In this document: positions 16,282 through 27,118 of the stretch, piece by piece | How the letters are laid out: every line of letters begins with the position of its first letter | How positions within the stretch are numbered: position 1 is the stretch's first letter | Assembly: GCA_021525805.1 (NCBI GenBank) | Contig: GCA_021525805.1_3940.1 | Strand: one strand, 5' to 3' | Length of the DNA stretch: 64,000 bases | Source: a phage | Made by a program: the position numbers and the translations under genes | Notes under the pieces: model-generated | Seen by the model: only the letters and a program-made list of their open reading frames with translations | What the model was told of the DNA's origin: nothing | The model's database searches: none

Positions 16282-18810
16282 ATGGCAGATTACAAGTTGA
16301 GTGAATTAAACTCAATCGATACAGTTCGTTCAGACGACCTTCTTCATATCAGGGTTAAAAAGAGACCTGAAATGCTTGGTGATGAAGACCGCCGAATGAC
16401 CTATCAAGATTTCTTAGCATCTTTTAAACTAGAAAGGTTTGTTCAGATTGCTGGTAGCACTATGACGGGTGACTTAGGAATTGTTAAGTTACTTTATGGT
16501 GGCAAGGTAGTCTTTGACCCTACAGGCTCTTCTGAGATTACTATGGGGGATGTTTTAAAGACTTTTAAAATTAATGCAAATGGTCTTAAACTAACTATTG
16601 CAGATGCTTCAAGGTCTGCAACTGTTTATCATACTCTTAATAAGCCAAGTCCTAATGAGCTTGGAATGAGAACCAATGAAGAGAACGATGCAAGATATGC
16701 AAGGCTTGCTGTAACAAACACATTCTCTAGAAATCAGCACATTCAAAGTGATGGTAACGCACTTCGCCTTAGAAACCAGATTGCAAATAATGCACAATAC
16801 ATTGAGGGTGTAAACCTAGATGGCTCAGCTAGATGGTGGGTTGGTATTGGTAGCAATGGCGATGATGCAGTAAGCTTGTATAACAACAAATACAACTCAG
16901 CAGTGACTGTTGCAAGCAATATCTCTGTTAATAAGTCTTTAGCAATTACTGGTCAAGTTCAGCCTTCTGACTTCTCTAACTTAGATGCTAGATACTTTAC
17001 TCAGACAGCAGCTAATCAGAGATTTGCGCAGCTAGTTGGTAATAACACCTTCAGTGGTTTAAACACATTCAGTAATAATGTCAATGTGAACTCTGATGGT
17101 GCTGCTATCATTCTAAAAAATAAAACGGTCAATGAGACTCTGTTCATCCTAGCAAAGGACAGTGAAAACAATAATTTGTGGTATATTGGTAAAGGTGATG
17201 TAACCTCTAATATCACAATTTATGATTACAAGGGGGACACTTCCATTAAATTAAACGCGTCTGGTGTAACATTTAGTAAGACTGTCAAAATCACTGGTCA
17301 AGTACAACCTTCTGACTGGACTAACATTGATTCTAGATACATTCCAGCAGCTACTTTGAATAATCTTCCTAAACTTAATGTGTCTAATACTTTCACAAAT
17401 ACACAGACTATTGTTGCTAACAATGAAGGGTTGATTGTTAAGAATTTGACACAAAATCAACCTTTGTATATCCGTGGCGTGGATACTGCGAATGTGTCTA
17501 GGTGGTGGTTAGGTGTAGGTGGCCCAGATTCTACTGATGTATCCTTAAACAACAGTTTCTCTGGGACTCAAATTACTCTTTCAAGGTCATTAATTACGGC
17601 TAACAAGAACTTTGCTATTACTGGTCAAGTTCAACCTTCTGATTGGTCTAACATCGATGAGAGATACTATAACAAATCATCCGCTGATAACCGGTATCTG
17701 AGAGTAAGGAGCACTGGATTCAATACTGGTGGTGCTGGTAAATGGGCTAAGATTGCTACTGTCAGTATGCCGCAAGCCACATCAACAGCGGTGATTGAAC
17801 TTTTTGGGGGGGCTGGATTTAACTTTGGCTCAGTTGACCAAGCCTGTAAAACAGAAATTGTTCTTAGGACAGGGAATGGTGACCCAAAAGGCTTAAATGT
17901 TGTTGCATGGAAAAACTCACCGAATACTGTTGTAAGTCAAATTGGGTATGTTAATACCTCTGGTGATAACTATGACATCTATTGCGCAGTTGGCAACTAT
18001 CAAAACGCTACGACAGCTAGGGTTCAGTCATCATCTAATGCAACAGTACAACTGTTTGAGTTTCCAGAGACATCTGACAACGCCCCATCTGATTATGTTG
18101 CTGGCACAATTGCTTACTATTACACTAGTCTCTTGAAGCCAAGCCCTTCAGATATTGGTGCATACACTAAAGCAGAAACTGACCAGAAGATTGCACAGGC
18201 AGTAAGTGACTCTACAGACCTTAATAAAATCTACCCAGTAGGTATTGTAACGTGGTTTAACAGTAATGTTAACCCTAATACAGCACTGCCTGGTCTAACT
18301 TGGACGTATCTGAACAACGGTGTTGGTAGAACTATCAGAATTGCAGCAGCAAATGGTTCAGATGTTGCTACAACTGGTGGTTCAGATTCTGTGACGTTAG
18401 CTGTTGGGAACTTGCCTTCACACACTCACAGTTTTTCTGCTACCACTTCATCTTTTGACTACGGAACAAAAAACACTAACACGACTGGTGCTCACACCCA
18501 CTCAGTGAGTGGCTCAACGAACACAACGGGTGCACATACACATGGTTATACTACTGGTGCGCAACCAAGTGGTACAAGGGGTGATTGGGACAGGGATGGT
18601 CACAGAAATACCGTACAAACGGATAGTGCTGGGAATCACTCACACTCAGTAAGTGGTACTGCTGCATCAAATGGTGACCATGCTCACAGTGTTGGTATTG
18701 GTGCTCACAGCCATACAGTGAGTGGTAACACTGGAAGTACAGGTTCTGGTTCAGCATTTAGTGTAACTAACCAGTTCTATAAGTTAATGGCTTGGGTGAG
18801 AACTGCTTAA
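16282..18810 (+). CDS. Tail fibre protein (long) with three internal repeats and His-rich HxH tip
   Basis: 842 aa; three ITGQVQPSDW(S/T)N(I/L)D.RY repeats; C-terminal HxH tip duplicated from/with short fibre. Confidence 0.65.
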   Translation: MADYKLSELNSIDTVRSDDLLHIRVKKRPEMLGDEDRRMTYQDFLASFKLERFVQIAGSTMTGDLGIVKLLYGGKVVFDPTGSSEITMGDVLKTFKINANGLKLTIADASRSATVYHTLNKPSPNELGMRTNEENDARYARLAVTNTFSRNQHIQSDGNALRLRNQIANNAQYIEGVNLDGSARWWVGIGSNGDDAVSLYNNKYNSAVTVASNISVNKSLAITGQVQPSDFSNLDARYFTQTAANQRFAQLVGNNTFSGLNTFSNNVNVNSDGAAIILKNKTVNETLFILAKDSENNNLWYIGKGDVTSNITIYDYKGDTSIKLNASGVTFSKTVKITGQVQPSDWTNIDSRYIPAATLNNLPKLNVSNTFTNTQTIVANNEGLIVKNLTQNQPLYIRGVDTANVSRWWLGVGGPDSTDVSLNNSFSGTQITLSRSLITANKNFAITGQVQPSDWSNIDERYYNKSSADNRYLRVRSTGFNTGGAGKWAKIATVSMPQATSTAVIELFGGAGFNFGSVDQACKTEIVLRTGNGDPKGLNVVAWKNSPNTVVSQIGYVNTSGDNYDIYCAVGNYQNATTARVQSSSNATVQLFEFPETSDNAPSDYVAGTIAYYYTSLLKPSPSDIGAYTKAETDQKIAQAVSDSTDLNKIYPVGIVTWFNSNVNPNTALPGLTWTYLNNGVGRTIRIAAANGSDVATTGGSDSVTLAVGNLPSHTHSFSATTSSFDYGTKNTNTTGAHTHSVSGSTNTTGAHTHGYTTGAQPSGTRGDWDRDGHRNTVQTDSAGNHSHSVSGTAASNGDHAHSVGIGAHSHTVSGNTGSTGSGSAFSVTNQFYKLMAWVRTA
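18474..18688 (+). repeat. Fibre-tip duplication, copy 2
   Basis: See copy 1. Confidence 0.7.
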
Positions 18811-18889
18811 TCCCTTATTGACTGATTGTTAAGATGGTGTTAATATTCTTTATGGGTATTCTCACCATCTTGGCTGATGAGGTGATTAA

Positions 18890-19084
18890 ATGCCTACAAT
18901 CCTAGCAATTCTTCTAAAAAATCTAGGTAGCTTCTTCTGGAAACTCATTTTATCCCTTCTAAGTGAATACATGATTGAGAAAGTGTTCTTTAGGCTTGCA
19001 AGATACCTTGCGAGTAAAACAGACACACCTATTGATGATGAGTTCGTAGATAACTTAGAAAAAGCTTTTAAGGGGGAGAAATAA
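18890..19084 (+). CDS. Small membrane protein (holin-like or fibre-associated; uncertain)
   Basis: 64 aa with hydrophobic N-terminus; sits after fibre genes. Confidence 0.3.
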   Translation: MPTILAILLKNLGSFFWKLILSLLSEYMIEKVFFRLARYLASKTDTPIDDEFVDNLEKAFKGEK

Positions 19085-19456
19085 ATGAAGTGGCTAGAGG
19101 AAGCTTTTAAAAATAATATTGGTGCAATTGTAGTTGGTATTTTTAGTGTTATTGGGATGTATACCACGATGCAAGTTTCAAGTGGTAAACAAGAAGTGTC
19201 TGTCACAACAAAGTTACAGCAGCTAGATAATTATTCCAAAAGTAACTATTCAGCTATTCGTGATTTACAGTCTGACATGAGGCTGCTTCAGCTAGGGATG
19301 GAGAACCAGAAAGTCCAGTTAGAGAATGTTAAGGGTGAAAACGCAAAACTTACCAAAACTCTTGATAAATTCTCTGACAGTGTGAATAATCTGGCTCAAT
19401 CAGTATCAGCCCTCCAAGCTATTACTGAGAAGAACACAAAGAATACTGAAAAATAA
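19085..19456 (+). CDS. Membrane-anchored coiled-coil protein
   Basis: N-terminal TM segment (IGAIVVGIFSVIGMY) then Q/L-rich coiled coil; followed by bidirectional terminator. Confidence 0.3.
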   Translation: MKWLEEAFKNNIGAIVVGIFSVIGMYTTMQVSSGKQEVSVTTKLQQLDNYSKSNYSAIRDLQSDMRLLQLGMENQKVQLENVKGENAKLTKTLDKFSDSVNNLAQSVSALQAITEKNTKNTEK

Positions 19457-19462
19457 AATTTT

Positions 19463-19495
19463 AAGGCTCCCGTCAAAAGGAGCCTTTTTTGTTTT
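19463..19495. terminator. Bidirectional terminator at convergent junction
   Basis: ggctcc-cgtcaaaa-ggagcc followed by TTTTTTGTTTT on +, A/T-rich on -; lies between the + strand structural module and the - strand thyA. Confidence 0.6.
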
Positions 19496-20393
19496 ATTTA
19501 CCTACTGACAAAGGTGCTTCAATCTTTCCTGCATGTTGGTAGTTGTTAATGCCACCAATAAAATCACTTGCAGTAAGATGTTTAAGGTCACTTAGAGTGT
19601 TAAGCTGTACACCAATCTCAAAAGTAGGTGCATGGAACTCTTCATTATTCATCAGTTCATAAACCTGCTTCATATGGTTCTGATAAATCTGAGTATCTCC
19701 AAAGACACCTATCAAGTATCGTGGAGTGTATCCAGTCATCTTGCAAAGAACTTCCAGAATAAAACCATAAGATGCAATATTAAACGGAAGTCCTAAAAAG
19801 GTGTCTACTGAACGCTGATACCATTGCAAGTCAACTTCACCCTCATTGGTGATATAAATCTGAAACATAACATGGCAAGGCGCTAAAGCCATTGAGTTAG
19901 CTGCAATATCTGCTGCGTTCCAAGCATTAACAAGCATGTATCGGTCTGTGATATCACCCTTCATTTTTGTTACTAGAGTCTCTAACTGGTCTACAACACA
20001 ACCATTATGACCTTCAAAGTTTCTCCACTGAACTCCGTAGATTCTCCCACCTGCATCCTCTAACCAATCTTGTTCAGAAGAATAATTAGAGCTTAACCAG
20101 CGTTTAAAATCATCTGACCAGATTGTCCAACGTTCTCCGTCATTTTCACCCCAAGTACGATAACGGAGTTCACCAAGCTTATTCTCACCGTTCAGGAACC
20201 ATAAAGCTTCCCCAATAACTTGCCGTGTAAACACCTGTTTAGATGTTAAGAGAGGGAAACCAGTTCGCATATCAAAACGAAACTGAGGTGGAGCAAATGC
20301 AGAGATAACATCTCCAGTTCGTGTAGTACGCAGTTCACCAACGGATAAAACATGGTTCAGGATATTTTTGTAACTTGAATCTGCTTGTGACAT
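19494..20393 (-). CDS. thyA: Thymidylate synthase
   Basis: 299 aa; catalytic-site context ALAPCHVMFQIY (P-C-H) and typical ThyA length. Confidence 0.85.
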   Translation of the reverse strand: MSQADSSYKNILNHVLSVGELRTTRTGDVISAFAPPQFRFDMRTGFPLLTSKQVFTRQVIGEALWFLNGENKLGELRYRTWGENDGERWTIWSDDFKRWLSSNYSSEQDWLEDAGGRIYGVQWRNFEGHNGCVVDQLETLVTKMKGDITDRYMLVNAWNAADIAANSMALAPCHVMFQIYITNEGEVDLQWYQRSVDTFLGLPFNIASYGFILEVLCKMTGYTPRYLIGVFGDTQIYQNHMKQVYELMNNEEFHAPTFEIGVQLNTLSDLKHLTASDFIGGINNYQHAGKIEAPLSVGK

Positions 20394-20394
20394 A

Positions 20395-20940
20395 TCAAAA
20401 GTGTCCTTTTACTTGTGGAACATAAATTTCAAAAGTTGCTTTACCATCCTCTGATGGTTTTGACTGTACCTTTGTAAACACACGGTTATCATACAGCTTC
20501 TCAAAGAAGTTTTCAAAAGGTAAATGCACAGTGGCCTCTTCAGTAACTTTATGGAAAACAGTATGGAACACCACACTAGCATACGGTAAAGCATTGACAA
20601 GGATACCTGCACCACCAATTACAAAGACATCTTCATCAATAGAGCTATCAAGATACTTCAAAAATGCTCCAAATGACTCTTTACTGGCTTTAGCATACAT
20701 TACATCATCTTTGCCAAAGTCTATGCCTAAGTATGGTACAGAATTTGTTAAGACGAGGTTTGCACGTTCTGGTAAAGGCTTACACCCCAGAGTCTTGAAA
20801 GTCTCATTACCCATCACTACTAAGTTATTTTTAGTGAGTCTCTTAAACTCTTGCATGTCCTGTTTATGTCGAGGCCACGGCATACCAGTTGGAGTACCAA
20901 ACTCCCCATTTTCACCACTTGCAAAGATTAATTTAATCAT
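20395..20940 (-). CDS. folA: Dihydrofolate reductase
   Basis: 181 aa; GMPW and VVMGNETFKTLG motifs; adjacent to thyA. Confidence 0.8.
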   Translation of the reverse strand: MIKLIFASGENGEFGTPTGMPWPRHKQDMQEFKRLTKNNLVVMGNETFKTLGCKPLPERANLVLTNSVPYLGIDFGKDDVMYAKASKESFGAFLKYLDSSIDEDVFVIGGAGILVNALPYASVVFHTVFHKVTEEATVHLPFENFFEKLYDNRVFTKVQSKPSEDGKATFEIYVPQVKGHF

Positions 20941-21197
20941 TTTGTAAATCCTTTCTTAATGAACCAGTTGACGACACTCTTCACAACTTTACTACGATGG
21001 TAGATAAAATGTGGAGATGGTTGGTATGAACCATAAGCCCAGAAAGCGATAATTTCATTACACCCTGTGCATCGGGTACTTTCTTCAGCAATATGACCGT
21101 TGGCTATTTCACTTACCTCGCCTTGTAAGTCTGTACACCCACAATGTGGACATCGGATAGGTGTTCCATCAGACTCATAGCAGTGTTCAATTTTCAT
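20937..21197 (-). CDS. Small zinc-ribbon protein
   Basis: CPHCGC ... CTGC cysteine pairs. Confidence 0.4.
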   Translation of the reverse strand: MKIEHCYESDGTPIRCPHCGCTDLQGEVSEIANGHIAEESTRCTGCNEIIAFWAYGSYQPSPHFIYHRSKVVKSVVNWFIKKGFTK

Positions 21198-21713
21198 TTA
21201 TTTAACCTCAAAAACTGGCTCAAGAACCAATATAAAATCTACACAGTCATCTTCTTCATCCAGAATACCATCAAAGTTCTTAGGAACGAAGTCGAAGAGG
21301 CTCATCACAAAACAGTCAGAAGTAACCCTGATAGTTCCTCCAATGTTCTCTACAGTCAACACTGTACGACTTTCTTTCACCTCCCGAAGAAGATTACTCA
21401 CAAAGTCATCTAAGAAGTACTTCATCAGCGACTTGAAACCTTTAGGGTAATCTGTACCAGAGTATGTTTCAATCTGAGGGACAAGCTTAACATTTATGCT
21501 AGTCTTTGTTAAGAATGCACTAGAGAACATACTATCAGGTAACTTACAAACAGTCTTTCCAGTACCTTCATGTTCAATCTCAACAAAACCAGCTTCATCG
21601 CCACATGTAACTATTTTAAAAGATGCTTCATTCTCATACTGTGAAGCCATAAACTTTTTGAGCATCTCTTTAAGGAAATCTGCATGAGCATCTTGTAAGA
21701 AGATATCAATCAT
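21198..21713 (-). CDS. Hypothetical protein
   Basis: 171 aa ORF coupled in leftward operon. Confidence 0.4.
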   Translation of the reverse strand: MIDIFLQDAHADFLKEMLKKFMASQYENEASFKIVTCGDEAGFVEIEHEGTGKTVCKLPDSMFSSAFLTKTSINVKLVPQIETYSGTDYPKGFKSLMKYFLDDFVSNLLREVKESRTVLTVENIGGTIRVTSDCFVMSLFDFVPKNFDGILDEEDDCVDFILVLEPVFEVK

Positions 21714-21726
21714 AGTTAATCACCTA

Positions 21727-22086
21727 TTATGGAAACAGACACTTGATGTCATCGTTTTTGAAAACGAAACTCGTGTAGTTGTGACCATCAACATCCAGCC
21801 AAACAGCCTGAACATCTACACCATCAAGGTTGTGGTAAAGCTCTTTGATGAAGTGGTCTTTCACAACCTGACTGCTAGTTGTTTCCAGCTTAATGTTCGA
21901 GATTGCTGAACCTACAGCCATATAGCCCATGACACGTTTCTTCTCAGTATGCTTAATCTTACCATCTTTGTAAGCCATAATGAGATTGGAGAGAATCTTC
22001 ACACCATAATACTTTTCAAGGTGAGTAGGTACACCATAAAAACCTAATGCGAAGTTTTCAGAGTGGATAATGTTTTCACGTTTCAT
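21727..22086 (-). CDS. Hypothetical protein
   Basis: 119 aa ORF in leftward operon. Confidence 0.4.
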   Translation of the reverse strand: MKRENIIHSENFALGFYGVPTHLEKYYGVKILSNLIMAYKDGKIKHTEKKRVMGYMAVGSAISNIKLETTSSQVVKDHFIKELYHNLDGVDVQAVWLDVDGHNYTSFVFKNDDIKCLFP

Positions 22087-22087
22087 A

Positions 22088-22417
22088 TTAATCTGCCAAC
22101 CTTAAATTGAAATTAACACCAAATTTTTCACATACTTCCAACATATACTCAAGGGAGACATTCCCAGTGAGGTGGATTATGTTGGATATACGAGCTTGAG
22201 AGATACCACAAATTTTAGCAACTTGCTCTTGAGAAAGACCTCTGGATTTAATCTCTCTCTTAAAACGATGTGCAACGAAATCTCTCATTTCGTCTACATC
22301 CATTGGACAAATATAACTCTCCATTTCAGCCTCTCTATCAGCCTCCCAATCATCTTGTGGAGCATAAGGGTCAAAAACCTCATTCATCTTTCTTCTTCCG
22401 TTTACGTGAAGTATCAA
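22088..22417 (-). CDS. Helix-turn-helix DNA-binding protein
   Basis: C-terminal HTH-like segment (LSQEQVAKICGISQARISNI). Confidence 0.45.
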   Translation of the reverse strand: MILHVNGRRKMNEVFDPYAPQDDWEADREAEMESYICPMDVDEMRDFVAHRFKREIKSRGLSQEQVAKICGISQARISNIIHLTGNVSLEYMLEVCEKFGVNFNLRLAD

Positions 22418-22592
22418 TTAATGAGTCTATGTTTGTAGCTCTGACCTTTTCACGTTCATCATTAAGATAATCGTCAAGAGCCTTTTCAATCTGTGAATCA
22501 TCTTGACAGATGACTGTAAAGACTGTAAAGCCGTCTGTATCGTCAATTATCTTACCATAACCGCTTCTGGGATGTAACTTTTTAAGAGCCAT
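22380..22592 (-). CDS. Hypothetical small protein
   Basis: 70 aa ORF overlapping neighbours; basic C-terminus. Confidence 0.3.
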   Translation of the reverse strand: MALKKLHPRSGYGKIIDDTDGFTVFTVICQDDSQIEKALDDYLNDEREKVRATNIDSLIDTSRKRKKKDE

Positions 22593-22593
22593 A

Positions 22594-22977
22594 TCAAATA
22601 CCTGTGCAGCTTCTGTTTTCTAAGAAATACTCAACACCATACATAGCTTTTTGCATCAAATCTTCTTTAAACTGGATACGGTGGTTGAGCATCGCCTGTA
22701 CATCAATATCGTCATGGTGTTTCTCTTTAATGTTTGCAGATTGCAGGAAATACTCTGCAAGAACACGATACTGGTAGTCAGTCACCTTATCAGTCATCTC
22801 TGTCAAAGACTCTTCAGAGATTGGTTTCAGTAGCTCACCATTAGCTAGAGCAACACCTTTTACAATCTGGCAAGTGTCTTCTGGAACACCTGATAAGTCC
22901 ACATTTGGAAGTTCTGTTGCATTGACTGGTAAATTCATTGCCATAACCATTGCAGCAGCTAATAAAATCTTTTTCAT
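22594..22977 (-). CDS. Secreted/periplasmic protein with signal peptide
   Basis: N-terminal MKKILLAAAMVMAMNLPVNA signal-peptide-like sequence. Confidence 0.45.
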   Translation of the reverse strand: MKKILLAAAMVMAMNLPVNATELPNVDLSGVPEDTCQIVKGVALANGELLKPISEESLTEMTDKVTDYQYRVLAEYFLQSANIKEKHHDDIDVQAMLNHRIQFKEDLMQKAMYGVEYFLENRSCTGI

Positions 22978-23087
22978 AATGACCCCAAAGTTATATTAAA
23001 TTTTGTATTACATTGAGTATAAAAATAAGCTATAACACCTGACTTGTCAACAGATTTTATAGCTTATTTGGCAGATTTTTTATAAGG

Positions 23088-23350
23088 CTACTGCCATCCT
23101 TCCATACCTCACCACGCAAGACCAAACCATGCCGTACTCCACTTCACAGGACCAAGCATCACTTAAAAATCCTCTTAGAAAGACTCTTAAGTGATGTAAT
23201 CGAATTTTTATGTAGCTCCGATTAACTACCCATACCTCACCTTACCACGCCGAACAGCACCGGACTATACCAGGCCATGCCGAACATTGCCGAGCCTCAT
23301 TAAAAGACCCTCTTAAAGACCTTTTAAAAAGGAGCCTCCGAGGAGGCTAC
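23088..23350. repeat. Non-coding island A: two units (23088-23196, 23226-23350) of pentamer-tract plus stem-loop
   Basis: Tandem NNACC pentamers on + strand (atacc, tcacc, ttacc, aaacc, atgcc ...), very G-poor; unit 1 ends in palindrome catcacttaa...ttaagtgatg; unit 2 ends in cattaaaagaccctcttaaagaccttttaaaaagg plus GC hairpin. Confidence 0.7.
23322..23350 (-). terminator. Rho-independent terminator (minus strand)
   Basis: On minus strand: hairpin agcctcctcggaggct followed by a T-run, directly after stop of gene 23360-23806. Confidence 0.5.
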
Positions 23351-23359
23351 CTAGCCAAC

Positions 23360-24408
<1,049 letters not shown>

Positions 24409-24484
24409 TTAGTTGATTGTTAAGTTGTTTGTAAAGAACCCTCAACAGAAGACTCTTTAGAAACTTGGTAGATTTTTAACGTGG

Positions 24485-24769
24485 CTACTACCATCCACCC
24501 ATACCATACCGAACCTTACCTTACCAAACCAGACCGCGCCTTACCAAACCAGACCAAACATTACTTTACCCTACCTCATTAAAAAACCCTCTTAAAGACC
24601 TTTTAAAAAGGTAAGTCTCATTTTAATGTAGATGAGACTAACTACCCATACTGTACCGCACCTGACCCGACCTGACCAGACCTAGCATTACCGTGCCACA
24701 CCGTACCGAACAGAACACTACCATACCTCACATCACTTAAAAACCCTCTTAGAAGACTCTTAAGTGATG
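24485..24769. repeat. Non-coding island B: two units (24485-24640, 24641-24769) of pentamer-tract plus stem-loop
   Basis: ~17 tandem NNACC pentamers (atacc atacc gaacc ttacc ttacc aaacc agacc ...); hairpin agtctcat/atgagact; unit 2 ends in same catcacttaa...ttaagtgatg palindrome as island A. Confidence 0.7.
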
Positions 24770-24984
24770 CTGGTGAGTACCCGTTGGTTTATGCTGCTCA
24801 GTATACTCACCAAATTTTCTATGTCAACAACTTTTTATAAAAAAGTTCTGATAGCTATATGTGTCACGAAACAAAAGATTGTAAACAAGACACCCATTGC
24901 AAAAGATGTGTCCAAAAGCTTACTTGCAACGTATGACAATACAAAGACAACCAGTATAAACAGAATGACTGTACTGAACATAGT

Positions 24985-26124
24985 TTATTCATAATCCCTA
25001 ATAACTAACCCAACAGGGAACTGTAAAGAACCTTTACGAGTCATCTTCTGGAACTGAACCGTCAAAGGTTTCCCGATAAACTCTTCAGGATGTTCAGCAA
25101 GATACTGTTTCTTCTCATGAGTAGTCTTCCATGAGACATCTACAAAGACGTTAGGAAGAGTCTCTACAACGAACTTGCCATGACCACGTTTATCAGTCTT
25201 TACACCAGTCACTTTAAACTCTTCAGTGTGCATCTTCTTGTGCTTAATCAAGAAGTATGAACGGTGACAACACTCATAGAAGGAGTCTTCAGAGATTGAA
25301 CGGTACATTGCACCTTCAAACTTAGCTTCAACCCACTTATCATGAGCTTCATCAAACTCTTCCCAAGAATTTACACGACGAGACTTAACAGGGACAACTT
25401 TACAGCCGTCTCTAAAGTCATTCAATGGTGAAGTCTCAATAATATCTCTACGCTCAGGCCACGTTTTAGTACTGTCACAGATATCATACCAGTAGAACTT
25501 AAGTAAGTGTCTGTCAGGATTGTCTTCATTTTTAATCATGGAGACAATATCTTCTAAGTCCCACCCATGAGCATAAATCTCTCCATCAAATTCATCAACA
25601 TCTTTGTGGAGCCTTAACATTGCCATAATGTCAGGTATTAGTTCAGTAGGGATTTTGTAAACAGTATTCTCACGAGAATATGCTGTAAATACACTGCCAA
25701 TACTTAAGTGTCTTGAAATTCTACAACGTACACCATCAAGTTTTGGTTGAGCATCAGCAGGGAACTTCAGATACTTTGCATGACTAACCTTTGCAGCATC
25801 ATGAGCAAGCTGTACACCTACCTTTTCAGTATTCTGTGCAGACTCTTTTGTGTAAGCATAACCTTTACGGTCAACTTGCTTTTTATACTTAGCAGCAACT
25901 TCAAAGAGAGCTTGCTGTTCAGCGTTACGCTCATTCTTTTTACCGATGTTTTTAGGTTCTGCTGTGTACTCTTCAAACATCATCTTGCCATTTTCTTTAC
26001 CGTAGGTTGTAATAACTTTGTCACCTACAGCAACGCATGACCAAACGTTAAAAGAGCCGTCTTTATTTTGTTTGTACAGAATTGTCATTTTTAACCTCTG
26101 AGTGATACCAAGTATTGCAAGCAT
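24985..26124 (-). CDS. ATP-dependent DNA ligase (candidate)
   Basis: Nucleotidyltransferase motifs: KLDGVR (I), FDGEIY (III), EGAMYRS (IV), LIKHKK (V). Confidence 0.6.
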   Translation of the reverse strand: MLAILGITQRLKMTILYKQNKDGSFNVWSCVAVGDKVITTYGKENGKMMFEEYTAEPKNIGKKNERNAEQQALFEVAAKYKKQVDRKGYAYTKESAQNTEKVGVQLAHDAAKVSHAKYLKFPADAQPKLDGVRCRISRHLSIGSVFTAYSRENTVYKIPTELIPDIMAMLRLHKDVDEFDGEIYAHGWDLEDIVSMIKNEDNPDRHLLKFYWYDICDSTKTWPERRDIIETSPLNDFRDGCKVVPVKSRRVNSWEEFDEAHDKWVEAKFEGAMYRSISEDSFYECCHRSYFLIKHKKMHTEEFKVTGVKTDKRGHGKFVVETLPNVFVDVSWKTTHEKKQYLAEHPEEFIGKPLTVQFQKMTRKGSLQFPVGLVIRDYE

Positions 26125-26281
26125 TACATGCGTAAAGCTCTAAGTCATTTTTATCTGGTTTATGGAAACAGTTTGACCCACAACGACACCGGAATAGTTT
26201 ACCATCAACACGAAGAATGAATGTTTCAAGCTCACCATCTTCTGTAAGAACTGCGTTATTAAATTTATCTTCTACAGTCAT
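26063..26281 (-). CDS. Small zinc-ribbon protein
   Basis: CRCGSNC ... CNACN cysteine pairs. Confidence 0.35.
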   Translation of the reverse strand: MTVEDKFNNAVLTEDGELETFILRVDGKLFRCRCGSNCFHKPDKNDLELYACNACNTWYHSEVKNDNSVQTK

Positions 26282-26583
26282 TTTCTCTTACCGCCAATCT
26301 CTACGTCAATAACTTGAACATCACCAGCAACATCAAACTTATGAATGATGCTTTCCACAGTGTAAGTCCAACCATCAATGCGAACCAGCTCACCTTCTCG
26401 TGGAACTATTGGATTACGTTGAGCTACGGTTGTAGTGGAGTGAACAACATCATAACAGTAGATATAGTTTACTAGGACTTCCATCGTGAAAACCTCACTC
26501 AATAACCGTAGTATGTGATTCCCCATTTTTGCCATAGCTGTAAGATGTTGTTGTTTGAGAGTTTGGGCATCTGACAACAACAA
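26278..26583 (-). CDS. Hypothetical protein
   Basis: 101 aa coupled ORF. Confidence 0.35.
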   Translation of the reverse strand: MLLSDAQTLKQQHLTAMAKMGNHILRLLSEVFTMEVLVNYIYCYDVVHSTTTVAQRNPIVPREGELVRIDGWTYTVESIIHKFDVAGDVQVIDVEIGGKRK

Positions 26584-26752
26584 TATCTCTGCTTATAGCA
26601 TCACCATGTAACTTGTATACTCTGCAATCTTGCATCTCTGGTGGGAGGCTGTAAGAAGCATTTTTATCTTCATAAGAAGGGTTGCAGCCAGATAGAAAAA
26701 TTACTCCAAGTGCAACCATTGCTTTCACACAACTCTTAACCTTATTGTTCAC
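26495..26752 (-). CDS. Putative lipoprotein
   Basis: Signal sequence with lipobox-like FLSGC; overlaps neighbouring ORF in another frame. Confidence 0.3.
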   Translation of the reverse strand: MNNKVKSCVKAMVALGVIFLSGCNPSYEDKNASYSLPPEMQDCRVYKLHGDAISRDIVVVRCPNSQTTTSYSYGKNGESHTTVIE

Positions 26753-26884
26753 GATAGTCTACCTCTCTGTATGTTTTTAAATAGTGAGTGATGAGTTCTG
26801 GTAATTCACTACGTTTAACGTTTGAACGAAGAAGTGTCCAGTCAAAACCTTTACCAACCCTTCCCCAGAGACTGTACATTTTCT

Positions 26885-27118
26885 TCATAGCAACTCCAGA
26901 ATATCAATACGTTCACCATTAAGAACACCTGTACGGTCTCTTGCAATCTTACCATCAACGATAAGGATATGCGCGACCTTTAAAGCCTCACGATTAAAAC
27001 CTTTTAAGAACTTGCTAGGCATCACTACAATGGACATCTCCTGAATCAACTCTGGAGTATAGCAATTGTCGTGAAGTTGCTGAATAACGTCTGCAAGTGT
27101 CATTTTTGATGTCTCCAA
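26885..27118 (-). CDS. Hypothetical protein
   Basis: 77 aa ORF. Confidence 0.3.
   Translation of the reverse strand: METSKMTLADVIQQLHDNCYTPELIQEMSIVVMPSKFLKGFNREALKVAHILIVDGKIARDRTGVLNGERIDILELL

Noticed and set aside
15069-18810. Diversity-generating retroelement acting on the duplicated fibre tips.
   Set aside because: No reverse transcriptase gene in the window, and the differences between copies are clustered block substitutions, not adenine-directed changes.
19085-19456. Calling the TM plus coiled-coil protein after the fibres a spanin.
   Set aside because: A clearer overlapped Rz/Rz1-like pair exists at 58459-58969 and no lipoprotein partner is embedded here; left as a membrane protein of unknown role.
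24764-24994. 76 aa plus-strand ORF next to island B.
   Set aside because: Sits in a minus-strand transcribed region, begins inside the repeat island, no RBS; probably spurious.
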